A DNA stretch of 64,000 nt from a virus. The notes beneath the pieces were generated by a model. The model saw only the letters and a list, made by a program, of their open reading frames with translations. It was not told the origin of the DNA and did no database searches. Both the position numbers and the translations under genes were made by a program. The DNA lies in IMG/VR virus record IMGVR_UViG_3300034158_000010, positions 21,303 through 85,302 of that record; one strand, written 5' to 3'. Positions 51,345 to 61,275 of the stretch are shown here, in pieces. The number at the start of each line of letters is the position of its first letter. The first letter of the stretch is position 1.

Positions 51345-51672
51345 ATTACTGGGTGAACGTGTAGGCTTAAGCGTCGAAGAAATTAACGATGCTATTATAG
51401 CCTACACTGAATACCATTGGTTCAATGATTGCCATACGTTTAATGATCGCGACTTTGTGGACATGTACTTCATGGGTGATACCATGGGGTACGATGTTCT
51501 TTATGCCGTTAAGAACCAGTTCGGCGAAATAGGAGCACTACTACCATGTGCCATGACCAGCCTAAAATATGCGAGTTCATTCGATGACGGCCTCTACGTC
51601 GTATGTACCCACGACCCACACCCTAATGACTTTCGATTCCACTCGAATCTTGAGGCATATAGTTCCCAGTGA
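51274..51672 (+). CDS. Hypothetical protein
   Basis: In-operon ORF. Confidence 0.7.
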   Translation: MMKENILIRLDSVVVYGQSNQLVELLGERVGLSVEEINDAIIAYTEYHWFNDCHTFNDRDFVDMYFMGDTMGYDVLYAVKNQFGEIGALLPCAMTSLKYASSFDDGLYVVCTHDPHPNDFRFHSNLEAYSSQ

Positions 51673-51682
51673 TGATAAAGGA

Positions 51683-52084
51683 ATGGTTGACTTCATCATC
51701 ATCAATTACGGCCAAGCATTACAAGATGCCCTGCGTTACTTTGACGCTGACATTAATAACCACATGCGTATGGCGTACACTGACCTGTACTACACCGCAG
51801 CGGTCGATGAAGACGCGTACAACAGCACCAGCGACATCGATGTCGGTAAACAGCCAGCGTGGTTCAGACGCACTGTGAGCGAGTCTGGGATCATACTGGC
51901 TAAGAAGGCGCGGTATGATGAATTGGTGGAGCTGTGTATTGATACCTTTAACGTTGAGATCGCAGCTTATATACGTTCCATCCAAATGGCGCAGTCCCGG
52001 CAAATTTATACTGTACGTGTTCTAGGTTATGAAAACCGTACCCTTAAACTGTTGATCGGTACTGACGCTCCAATAATCCCATAG
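51683..52084 (+). CDS. Hypothetical protein (start uncertain)
   Basis: AAGG upstream; in-operon ORF. Confidence 0.65.
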   Translation: MVDFIIINYGQALQDALRYFDADINNHMRMAYTDLYYTAAVDEDAYNSTSDIDVGKQPAWFRRTVSESGIILAKKARYDELVELCIDTFNVEIAAYIRSIQMAQSRQIYTVRVLGYENRTLKLLIGTDAPIIP

Positions 52085-52091
52085 GTGACCT

Positions 52092-52859
52092 ATGCAACAA
52101 CGCGCTATAGGTATGACGATCAATCATCGTGAGATCGATCATCTTCTGCAACAAATGGCAGACGTAATACGAAACGCAGCTTACAAAGTATGCGGTGAGA
52201 AATACCCAGTTGGACATGAACGACGAAGTGAGTGGTTTGACGAGACGGGTACATTACTAGCGATGGATGATACTTCAGTTAAAGACCTGCTGAAGGATGC
52301 TATCGACCACTACTTGATGTTTCATGCCGTAGCTCGTTCGGGTAACCAATCCGATTTCAACTATTACCTGAATGATAACTTTCAGATGATCGTTGAGCAC
52401 GTTGAGGCTAATCCACACATCGGTAGTTATCTATCGGCATCCTTTGCATCAGCTTGCGGCATACTGGCCTCTACTCTGGCTCCGGTAATCGAAGACCTGA
52501 GTAGTTCTGGACATGGTGTCGATCGAGTTGAATCGTTCACGTTGAATACCGAGGAATCCTATTACCTGGTAGTTGGTGAGGATCAAGAGACATACGACCC
52601 AAAGGACGATGACCTCAGCACGGTTGATACTTATCAGTCGCCTGAGGAACTCGCTGCTCAAGCTGCACGCTTTAAGGCACGGCAGGCAATGTCAACTGCG
52701 GCGGCACCTGGACTTCCAATACAGATCTCTATCCAAGACTACTCTAGTGTACTTGCGTTACCGATTGAACCCCTTCCACGGCATCCACACATCAACGGCG
52801 ATCAATACCATGCATTGACAGCCAACATTGTAATCCCTGAACTAGGACTCACCGCATGA
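52092..52859 (+). CDS. Hypothetical protein (255 aa)
   Basis: AGGTG SD. Confidence 0.75.
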   Translation: MQQRAIGMTINHREIDHLLQQMADVIRNAAYKVCGEKYPVGHERRSEWFDETGTLLAMDDTSVKDLLKDAIDHYLMFHAVARSGNQSDFNYYLNDNFQMIVEHVEANPHIGSYLSASFASACGILASTLAPVIEDLSSSGHGVDRVESFTLNTEESYYLVVGEDQETYDPKDDDLSTVDTYQSPEELAAQAARFKARQAMSTAAAPGLPIQISIQDYSSVLALPIEPLPRHPHINGDQYHALTANIVIPELGLTA

Positions 52860-53281
52860 TGGCAATCACCAGTAACTTCATCGTCTTAGATTCCGAACAT
52901 GGAAAGCTTATGGCTGACCGTTGGGTAGCTGAGTTCGATGTGAAGCGTGAAGAGATTTACGCATCACTTGCAGATACGCCCGGTTCGGATGAGGATGGAC
53001 TCGTTCGAGCTATGGTGGACATCACCATTCATAAAGGGTTATCGCTCCGCCAATATCAGAAGCACGTAATCGAGACCTACTCGTATTACCAGATGCACCA
53101 CTGTGATGACGACCTGTTGGAACAACTCATCAGTGGTACCGAACCTGCTGATATCCATGACCTCATTCAGATGACGTGTGAGTTCCAGACGATGGGTGTA
53201 GCTAACCAAGACATTCTGTCGATTGTACCGTTGGATCTTAAGGGTACAGTAGGGTTCATATTCCAACCGAAGCTACGGTAG
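52856..53281 (+). CDS. Hypothetical protein
   Basis: ATGA overlap. Confidence 0.75.
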   Translation: MMAITSNFIVLDSEHGKLMADRWVAEFDVKREEIYASLADTPGSDEDGLVRAMVDITIHKGLSLRQYQKHVIETYSYYQMHHCDDDLLEQLISGTEPADIHDLIQMTCEFQTMGVANQDILSIVPLDLKGTVGFIFQPKLR

Positions 53282-53313
53282 ATAGTATGAATCCTTAAGC
53301 TGGTGGTACGACT

Positions 53314-53718
53314 ATGCAACTCCAAGAAATCCCTATCGGTACGGTAATCTCATTCGAGGTATATCCTTCTGCCCAATTCGGTAACAACTTCCAATCGGTA
53401 ACTCTGAAGGCGGTGTTTGATTCTAGCCTAGCTCGTATCTTAGGCTTCGATTACATCGCCGCTAACCAACAAGTCTTCGACACTCTTCCTGCTGGTACTC
53501 CAAGTGATCCAACGCAGTACAACTACTTCCAGATTCAACTGGCAAGTGGTGAGACTCAGATCCTTGGTGTGCCTTGGATTCGTGCCGGTACGCTTAGCAT
53601 CCACAATGGCAAGCGCCTAACGTTGGTATTCGATGACATCGACGAAACCCGTAAAGCACGAATCATTGCCGCCGTTCGTGGCGTTAATGAGAACCCTACT
53701 TCGACGGTCTTCAACTGA
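53314..53718 (+). CDS. Conserved protein upstream of DNA polymerase (phiKZ gp49-like)
   Basis: LPAGTP.DP..Y.Y......GE..ILG.PWI. Confidence 0.65.
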   Translation: MQLQEIPIGTVISFEVYPSAQFGNNFQSVTLKAVFDSSLARILGFDYIAANQQVFDTLPAGTPSDPTQYNYFQIQLASGETQILGVPWIRAGTLSIHNGKRLTLVFDDIDETRKARIIAAVRGVNENPTSTVFN

Positions 53719-53726
53719 TCCGTAAC

Positions 53727-53746
53727 GCCTCACCTTCGGGTGGGGC
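53727..53746 (+). terminator. Terminator
   Basis: gcctcacc-ttcg-ggtggggc-tttatgccg-T-tract. Confidence 0.85.
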
Positions 53747-53802
53747 TTTATGCCGTTTCTTTTTTTACCTGAGTGCCTCTAGTTATATAGACTTTGGAGG
53801 TC

Positions 53803-55956
53803 ATGATGGAACCCAACGAAAAACCGAATCCCTTTTATCAAGACATTTCCGAATACGAACGTGACTTAGACGTCATTGATCCAATGATGCGAGACACGGC
53901 GTTGTATCTGTCTGCAATGACTGGTGATCCATTAGACCAGTGTTTAGCTTATGTTCAGACCTCGATGTCGCCGGGAGGTGAGTTCGAGCTGACCGACCCC
54001 AAGACGATGGTTCTGTATAAGAACGAACAAGGGGATCGGGAAAAGCGTGTGGTTAAGTTCAGTCAGTTCCTCGGTCGAGTTAAACAGCACAAGTTGCTGC
54101 TCTCACCAAGTATGTCTGTTTACATGCCTGAGAACATCCGTCAATCGACGCATGCTCAATACATCGCTGAAGGTGTTGCTAACCGTAAAGCCGTAAAGAA
54201 AGAACAACTGCGATTGGAAGGTGAAAAGACCCCAGAAGCTATGGAACTCGCAGCCGTTCGTAAAGGCGAACAAGAGAACTTCAAAATTAACAATAACTCC
54301 TACTCAGGAGCCACCGTTAGTGCTGCAACTATTCTCTACTACAAATCCACTCACTCTAGTTTGACCTCGACGTGCCGGGTAGCTACTTCTTATGCTAACT
54401 CGAACAACGAGAAGTTCATTATGGGTAACCGACACTACTACACGCCTGAGGTAACCAAGGCGAACATGTTGAGTCTGGCTAACCATACTGACCTGAAAGA
54501 ACTCGAGCAGTGCATGCGCAAGTTCAATCTGCATTACCCAACCGCTGACGAAATCATTGACATGGTTTTGTATTCAACTGCTCACTACTGGAACAACCCA
54601 GACTATACGCGTCAACTGCATCGTCTGGCTAGTGGTCTGTCTCCGATTCAACGTGCTGCTATTATGTACGTCGGTGACCTATACCACATCTACCAATACA
54701 ACAAAGACATGGTTAAAGGTTTCTTGACTGAGTTGTCTCAGTTAGGTACAACCGCTCAAGTTATCACCAAGGAAGCTTACAACAAGTTCGATAGTGACAT
54801 GCAACTGCTGGCTAACTTCATCTGCTACGAGGAAGTTAATGGTCGTAACAACGAGGTACTGGAGAAAGAGAACCCTGAAGTCTTTGACGTGATCTATTCG
54901 ACTGGTGAAAACATTCGAGTAACTCTTAAGAAGTATCAGTTGTTCATCAAGGCTATGTTCCTGACCAAGAACATGCCATCGAGTATCCATGCATTCCCAA
55001 CAGCTTATCGTCGTGCTGCTGTGATCTCCGACACTGACTCCACTATGTTTACCCTGCAATACTGGGTAGAGGAATTCTTTGGACGGATTACATTCAGTAA
55101 AGAAGCTAAGCGTCTGGTGTTTGCACTGGTGTTCTTGGTAGCTGAAGTAGTGATGCACATTCTGGCCATTCAATCCACTAACATGGGTGTGGCTGAGAAC
55201 AAGCTTCGTTTGCTGGCTATGAAGAACGAGTACTACTTCGCCGTACTGAGTCTGACCACTCGATCGAAACACTACTATGCTTCTCAGGATGCGTTGGAAG
55301 GTGTAATGTTCTCCAAGGCACGTATGGAAGTTAAAGGTGTGGGTCTTCGGGATAGTAAGGTTCCGCCACGGATCAACAAAGCTGCTAAGAAGATGATGGA
55401 TCACATCATCACAACCATCAAGCGTGAAGAGACTCTGGACTTGCCTGATATGCTTCAGCAGATCGGGAACATCGAACGTGACATCATGAAGTCTATTTAC
55501 AATGGTAAGGCTGAATACCTGACCACCGGTAAGTGTAAGCGTGCAGATGCTTATAAGACTGAAGACAATGCCACGTACGCTAAGTACAAGTTCTGGAAAG
55601 AAGTCTTTGAACCATCCTTTGGCTTCTTGGAAGCACCACCCTACTCGTTCGTTAAGGTATCGGTTACGATCGATAACCGTACACGTTTCGAAGCATGGTT
55701 GGAGACCATTGAAGATCTGGGTCTGCGTAACCGTTTGAAAGCTTGGGCCTTGGCTAACAATAAGAAAGGCATTACCAACTTCCACGTACCAATGTCTGTT
55801 ATCGAAAACCACGGTGTGCCAGAAGTAATCACCCGTGTCGCTAACGTACGTTCGGTAATCTCTAACACAATGGGTAGCTTCTATCTCCTCATGGAATCCC
55901 TCGGGATCATGTTGTCAGATAAGAAGATCACTCGCCTGATCTCGGACTTCTATTAA
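53803..55956 (+). CDS. Family B DNA polymerase, palm-containing subunit of split polymerase (phiKZ gp50-like)
   Basis: K..NNS.SG, ISDTDST, KNE, K.Y, EVKGV motifs. Confidence 0.88.
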   Translation: MMEPNEKPNPFYQDISEYERDLDVIDPMMRDTALYLSAMTGDPLDQCLAYVQTSMSPGGEFELTDPKTMVLYKNEQGDREKRVVKFSQFLGRVKQHKLLLSPSMSVYMPENIRQSTHAQYIAEGVANRKAVKKEQLRLEGEKTPEAMELAAVRKGEQENFKINNNSYSGATVSAATILYYKSTHSSLTSTCRVATSYANSNNEKFIMGNRHYYTPEVTKANMLSLANHTDLKELEQCMRKFNLHYPTADEIIDMVLYSTAHYWNNPDYTRQLHRLASGLSPIQRAAIMYVGDLYHIYQYNKDMVKGFLTELSQLGTTAQVITKEAYNKFDSDMQLLANFICYEEVNGRNNEVLEKENPEVFDVIYSTGENIRVTLKKYQLFIKAMFLTKNMPSSIHAFPTAYRRAAVISDTDSTMFTLQYWVEEFFGRITFSKEAKRLVFALVFLVAEVVMHILAIQSTNMGVAENKLRLLAMKNEYYFAVLSLTTRSKHYYASQDALEGVMFSKARMEVKGVGLRDSKVPPRINKAAKKMMDHIITTIKREETLDLPDMLQQIGNIERDIMKSIYNGKAEYLTTGKCKRADAYKTEDNATYAKYKFWKEVFEPSFGFLEAPPYSFVKVSVTIDNRTRFEAWLETIEDLGLRNRLKAWALANNKKGITNFHVPMSVIENHGVPEVITRVANVRSVISNTMGSFYLLMESLGIMLSDKKITRLISDFY

Positions 55957-56524
55957 TGCGTGAACTGAATGATAAGCTCGACTCTGTTATTAGTGGGGTC
56001 GAGATTGGACTAGGGGTTGACGATTGTTATTGGTCAGCTATTGAAGCAGCAGTTCGAGTATTGAAACTCGTTAAAGAACTAGCTGCTTCTGATGTGGAGA
56101 TGTCTAAAGAAGACTTCTCTGAATTGATAATTGAAACGGTGGGTAACGTATGACGTACGAACAAGAGCTGGAAGAGAAGATCGAGAAGTTTGTTAAGCCT
56201 TATACCGAACTGGATCTTTACTCAACTGAAGACATTAACACACTCGTAACTAAAGTGCGTGAACACTTTCTGGAGTCGCGTGTTGAACTGTTGGACATCC
56301 GTGTGATCGGGAAGACACAGGACGTACTGGCTGAGTTTGAGATGGCTCCAGGTTATAGCTTCACCGCGATGAAGGTGGTTGAAGAAGACGGTAAGTTTAC
56401 GGTCAATGTAACTATCGATCCCGATGATCCCGACCCATTGATGACCTTGGAATTCATTATCCACGAATTCAATTTAGTTCATCCGGGTATCGAAGTGAAG
56501 GCCAATGTAATAGAACCCGTTTAA
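55956..56524 (+). other. Two small acidic ORFs (55956-56153, 56150-56524)
   Basis: Coupled to polymerase stop. Confidence 0.7.
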
Positions 56525-56545
56525 AGTTTATATCATGCCTGTGTA
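56520..56545 (+). promoter_or_regulatory. Early promoter, TATATCAT variant
   Basis: tttaaagttTATATCAT. Confidence 0.75.
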
Positions 56546-56579
56546 TTCAAACACAGGCATTTATAACGTGAGGTGCAAT

Positions 56580-56957
56580 ATGTCGACCGTAACTGTAACT
56601 GATATCGGCCTGATGAAACGAGGTGATCCTGCTTCTATCTTGATCTTTAATCCAGGTGTGGAGGATATCAATTTCGAGAAGGGTAATGTTTTCAATGGTG
56701 TGGTCTATGAGGTACTTGGTTCTGAGATGGTAACCGTGAACTTCATGGCGGGCGATGGCTCGTATACTCGGAGTAGTATGCCATCGGCTGAATACATCAG
56801 GTCGTATGACATCACGGTCCAACTGACTCCAGCTGAGTACATCCGGCGTACCAATGCACTCCATGCGGAGCGTGTCGGTAAGCTGGTGGAAGTATTCCAA
56901 GCTGGTATGGTTGAAGCTGGTAAAGAACATGATGAACGAATGGGCGTACTGGCATGA
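56580..56957 (+). CDS. Hypothetical protein
   Basis: GAGGTG SD. Confidence 0.75.
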   Translation: MSTVTVTDIGLMKRGDPASILIFNPGVEDINFEKGNVFNGVVYEVLGSEMVTVNFMAGDGSYTRSSMPSAEYIRSYDITVQLTPAEYIRRTNALHAERVGKLVEVFQAGMVEAGKEHDERMGVLA

Positions 56958-57117
56958 GTAACCGTGACCCTGAACTCCGTAAGCTCTTTGACCGCATGCG
57001 TACACTTGGTTTCCACAAGAACCTGGTCATGGTAACAGCAAAAGCTAAACCGATGACGCCAGCCGAGATTGAAGCGGCTAACCAACCTCGCTTCATTGAC
57101 TACATTGGAATAATGAA

Positions 57118-57612
57118 ATGATCGACTCCCTGTATCACACTCTGTTCCGCCTCGTTACCGTAGGTCCACGTCCTTCCACAGACTGCGTATCCGTAACGGG
57201 TATCACCGAAGCTATTAAGCTTGGGTTGGTTACCGTAGAACCGCACGAAGATGTAGACTGGTATCGCATTACCTCACCGGGCATTCAAACCCTGCTTGAT
57301 GCTTACGAGAAACGTCCTGATCCAGAAGAGGCTATCTTTGGCGCGGTACACATCGAGTTCGCTGAGCGCTGCGGTGAGGGCAAGTTGGATGGTAAGCCAC
57401 TCGTTGTACTGGGTGGTGCGCTAGCGTGGGCTCAGGAGTATCTGCTGGGTTCTAAGCTCAAGTTCTCGAGCTGCTTCGGGGCGTATGACTATGCCACCTT
57501 CGATTACCTCGATCTGGACGGTAAGATTTGGTTGATGAAGCCGGGTGATTGGCTGATCCTGCGTGAAGACCATAACCACATCATGCACCGCTTTTACTCC
57601 GAGGAAGATTAA
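57118..57612 (+). CDS. Hypothetical protein
   Basis: C-terminal ..PGDWLI motif. Confidence 0.7.
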   Translation: MIDSLYHTLFRLVTVGPRPSTDCVSVTGITEAIKLGLVTVEPHEDVDWYRITSPGIQTLLDAYEKRPDPEEAIFGAVHIEFAERCGEGKLDGKPLVVLGGALAWAQEYLLGSKLKFSSCFGAYDYATFDYLDLDGKIWLMKPGDWLILREDHNHIMHRFYSEED

Positions 57613-59075
57613 TGATCCCGCATCCGTTCAAGACTGATACATGGGTTGAAGGTGATCGTTCCGGTCATCTGAATGCCTGTCAAGAGATCTTCTTACCTAC
57701 CAGTATCTTCAATGAGGACTCAATCGATAACAACGTACAGCTTCGTGGTAATACTCCTGTAGCTGATCTGTGCGTACTCGGTATGAAACAATCCTTTCTG
57801 GACTATGCTGCGCTGCGTAACGATATCCACATGACCCAAGTGCACGCTAAGGTTAAGCGTCTACTGGAACATGAGAAGATCATCAACAGTTTCTGGTCAG
57901 GTGCCACACCTAATCAACTGATGCCGGATCTGGACGTTGAAGCACTGGCCATTCGTTTGATCTCCGAACATGAGGAAGATCTTACTTGGCTGGACAACAG
58001 TTTAGGTGCCGTGCGAATGGCAATGATCGAAGAACGCTCCAAACTTTTCAGCAGCTTTGCTGTTAACAATTCAATGAAGGAACTCGGTACTATGCAATCT
58101 ACAACTGATCTCGCTCTGGCTATGCAAACTCAAAACGTCTTGAGCAAGTCTGCTCCAGGTTACATTGATCCACATCACCCCGACGCTAACCACGGTGGCC
58201 CAGCTGAACTGCGTGGTGGTTTTAAACGCGATGATCTGGTAACTGTCAACGCCATTACCGACGGCGTCAAATCCCTGGGTGCATTGATCGAAGGCGCTGA
58301 GAAGGCCACTGACGAATCGTCTGGTCGACTTAATGTTCCTAAGCTTAAAGGCTTGGACTCGTTCCGTCGTGTTCCAAAGCGTAAGAAGTCCAAGCCTAAA
58401 TCCAAGCACCTTCCGAACATGAACAATGCTCGTGTGAAGTCTGCTCTGGGTACGGTCATTCTGATGAAGCTGGGTCAGATCCAACGTGACACCAGCGATT
58501 CACAAAAGAAAGCTCTGTTGAAAGAGTTGCCTGCTGCTGATCTGTTGGAAATGGCTACTGGTGAGAAGCTGCCTGAGTATCAGGCTAACCTGATCAACGG
58601 CATGCAAGCTAAGGCTGATCCAGACGCTCCGATTGTGAAGCGTATGGCTGACGTTGCTACTCCATTCGGCGATCCTGCATTGGGTATGGTTCATCTTGAC
58701 CCACTCCCGTACCTGGATAGTGAAACCGGTGAACGTAAAGTACTCAAGGTGGAACTTGATCCGGCTGATCCAGAGCCAGGCCGCACGGTCGAAGTTATTC
58801 AAGACGCGGTACTGGGTCGTGGTCTGACCAATTCGGTAATGCACCTCGACGTAGACGGTTACCTGACCAAAGAACAGCGTCAAGAGATCTGGGTTAAGAA
58901 CCTTGATATTGCCTTGGCTACCTACATCCACCCTGACCTGTTCCCTGGTGAGATGAGTCCTGAGGTTTGTGCTGAGGTTGCTACTAAGCTCCGTGCATAT
59001 CTCATCGAGAAGAACGCTGCACTCGATGAACAGACCATCGTCCAGGCTTTCCATGAAGTACTGAAAGCCGACTAA
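57612..59075 (+). CDS. Hypothetical protein (487 aa) with central basic patch
   Basis: RRVPKRKKSKPKSKH; ends at terminator 59083-59104. Confidence 0.8.
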   Translation: MIPHPFKTDTWVEGDRSGHLNACQEIFLPTSIFNEDSIDNNVQLRGNTPVADLCVLGMKQSFLDYAALRNDIHMTQVHAKVKRLLEHEKIINSFWSGATPNQLMPDLDVEALAIRLISEHEEDLTWLDNSLGAVRMAMIEERSKLFSSFAVNNSMKELGTMQSTTDLALAMQTQNVLSKSAPGYIDPHHPDANHGGPAELRGGFKRDDLVTVNAITDGVKSLGALIEGAEKATDESSGRLNVPKLKGLDSFRRVPKRKKSKPKSKHLPNMNNARVKSALGTVILMKLGQIQRDTSDSQKKALLKELPAADLLEMATGEKLPEYQANLINGMQAKADPDAPIVKRMADVATPFGDPALGMVHLDPLPYLDSETGERKVLKVELDPADPEPGRTVEVIQDAVLGRGLTNSVMHLDVDGYLTKEQRQEIWVKNLDIALATYIHPDLFPGEMSPEVCAEVATKLRAYLIEKNAALDEQTIVQAFHEVLKAD

Positions 59076-59126
59076 CCTCAATAGCCTTACCTTCGGGTAA
59101 GGCTTTATGCCCTAAAGGAGTTTCCC

Positions 59127-59564
59127 ATGGATCAACGATCCGCGCGGCACCTGATCGCTAACCTGCGTCGTCACTACGGTATCCATGGCGATGCTATACT
59201 GGCCTGTTACGACACCGCTATCCTCGGTCTACACCCTTACACCGAGGTTAACTACGTGACTGTCTCCATCAGTCCTACCAACTGGAAACTGCTCTGCGAA
59301 AAGGTCAGTGAAGAAACCTTCGTGAAGCATCCCGGTAGTAACGTGGATTGCATCAAGTTGTTTGACAAGTTGTATGTGCGTAAGGAATCACGGGTTAACG
59401 ACGATAACGTAGTGTGGGTACCTAATCTGGGTTGCTATACTCCGACCAATCGTTACCTGCGTGAATCGTTTGACCGCATTATGATGTCAGCTAGTAGTAC
59501 CAAGAAACAATTGGCACACGCTACTAAACTGACCGACCTCCATATCGAAAAGCTGAAGGTGTAA
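59127..59564 (+). CDS. Hypothetical protein
   Basis: AAGGAG SD. Confidence 0.75.
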   Translation: MDQRSARHLIANLRRHYGIHGDAILACYDTAILGLHPYTEVNYVTVSISPTNWKLLCEKVSEETFVKHPGSNVDCIKLFDKLYVRKESRVNDDNVVWVPNLGCYTPTNRYLRESFDRIMMSASSTKKQLAHATKLTDLHIEKLKV

Positions 59565-59565
59565 C

Positions 59566-59943
59566 ATGCGCTACGGAACTGAAGTTATCATGCGTGGTAT
59601 GCGGTACTTCGATTATCGTCGTATCGGTCAACCTGATCTGGATGTACCACAGCTAAACGCTAATAAGCGGTTGTGGCAATTCAAGACGCTGGGTGAGTAC
59701 GCCAAAGGCGGAGTCAATACCAACGAAGACGGTTACCGTTCACTCGATCAGGGTGAGATCCATGGGGCGATAGTATCGTCGCATACCGAAGCTGGCGCTG
59801 TTGAAATACTGCGGTTGATGTTGAACCCAGATGGCATGATCTATGACGCCACGCATTGGAACCTTGAGCTGCTTGGGTATGATACCCGCTCCAATGATAC
59901 CGAAGAAACCATCTACATTGACTGGGGTTACTATGTCCTTTAA
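59566..59943 (+). CDS. Hypothetical protein, family with 60111 and 60728
   Basis: hh.(A/S)....Ah...h.hhG.D pattern. Confidence 0.7.
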   Translation: MRYGTEVIMRGMRYFDYRRIGQPDLDVPQLNANKRLWQFKTLGEYAKGGVNTNEDGYRSLDQGEIHGAIVSSHTEAGAVEILRLMLNPDGMIYDATHWNLELLGYDTRSNDTEETIYIDWGYYVL

Positions 59944-60110
59944 ATTCTACGATGACGCTCTGGCCTTACGCCGGGAGCAGAAACAAAAGCTTCTTGATGC
60001 TGGCGAACTGCGTTTACCAACCGATGATGAACGTCGATTGATGCAGTACCAGATGTACGTAGCTTCGGGTTCTATGGGTAGTAAAACCACTCCACTCTAC
60101 AGAGGTTAAC

Positions 60111-60458
60111 ATGTTCAACACTACGCTGGCTCTGTCCACCCAGAAGAAGATGACGCCTGGTCAAGCTGCTAAAGCTAAGTCCAATGCGGACACCATCATC
60201 TGGAATCGGAACAACCGCTCTGATATTGACACTAAGGGTTATAAAGCCTATCTGTATCATTTGAAGAAGGTGAGTGATAACCAAGACAAAGAGTACGACG
60301 AACTGATCATCTCTGCTATCGATATGGATAGCGCGATCGATACGTTTAACTCTGCGTGCATGCGTGGGGATTACTACGAGGGGGCAGAGTTCAACATCAC
60401 CTTGATGGGTGTTGACTTTGAGACTACACGCACTGACAAAATTGTCATGGCCGTGTGA
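60111..60458 (+). CDS. Hypothetical protein
   Basis: GAGGT SD. Confidence 0.75.
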   Translation: MFNTTLALSTQKKMTPGQAAKAKSNADTIIWNRNNRSDIDTKGYKAYLYHLKKVSDNQDKEYDELIISAIDMDSAIDTFNSACMRGDYYEGAEFNITLMGVDFETTRTDKIVMAV

Positions 60459-60459
60459 C

Positions 60460-60738
60460 ATGGAACAAACCTCCCTCAAGCAAATGCGTGCAGAGTTAAA
60501 CGCTAACCAATGTGCCTACATTGAACACCACCTACACTACCGCTATATTCAACCAGAACTCAATCATCCCTTCGATGAGTCTAAGCTTACACCAGAAGAA
60601 TTGGTGGGGGCTAAGGATCGCGTAGAACGCCTCAACGCAATGATGGAGAACTGGAGTATCGGTAGCATGGCCTGGTACATTCAAGAAATCGCCGTAATGG
60701 CACAGACTAAAGAAGAGGATATTGACGATGATCGCTGA
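60460..60738 (+). CDS. Hypothetical protein
   Basis: Coupled ORF. Confidence 0.65.
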   Translation: MEQTSLKQMRAELNANQCAYIEHHLHYRYIQPELNHPFDESKLTPEELVGAKDRVERLNAMMENWSIGSMAWYIQEIAVMAQTKEEDIDDDR

Positions 60739-61060
60739 AAGCAAGAACGAACACGGTGGTGTGTTTCAGTTGTTCGACGATACCGAGTTCGTATTCACCG
60801 AAGGACATGCCCAGAGCGTATACCACTTCATCAATCGTGGTACAGCTGGGATCTTACGCGATTACGTGGACTGCCATCATCTGATGACGGCTGTAGTAAT
60901 GGCCCCAAGTTACAACGACGCTATCAAACTGGTGACGGATGAACACTTGGGTAACTTCGCTAAGGACTACATCTTTGAAGTCCATTACATCGGTGCAGAT
61001 ATGATGCCCTCACAAGGACCTCGTATTCTTACCTTTGCCACCAAGCCACCACTCGAATAA
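60728..61060 (+). CDS. Hypothetical protein
   Basis: GAGGA SD. Confidence 0.7.
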   Translation: MIAESKNEHGGVFQLFDDTEFVFTEGHAQSVYHFINRGTAGILRDYVDCHHLMTAVVMAPSYNDAIKLVTDEHLGNFAKDYIFEVHYIGADMMPSQGPRILTFATKPPLE

Positions 61061-61248
61061 GGAAACAACATGCACGGTGAAGCTAGTACTGTAACCAGCG
61101 ATCTGTGGGAAATCTATCAGGACATCGGTCGTAGTAATGCGGGCGATGATTTGACAGATGCACAGAAAGCTAAGTTGGTTGAAGACCTACGGTCGGTAGC
61201 TAACAAACTGGAAGCACAACTCCCAGTTTACAACTAAGACGACATATT

Positions 61249-61269
61249 GCCCCTCCGTGACGGAGGGGC
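61249..61269. terminator. Bidirectional terminator
   Basis: gcccctccg-tga-cggaggggc. Confidence 0.85.
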
Positions 61270-61275
61270 TTTATT

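Noticed and set aside
10216-55956. Introns or inteins in nrdA, terminase and DNA polymerase
   Set aside because: ORFs are continuous, of expected size, and show no splice motifs
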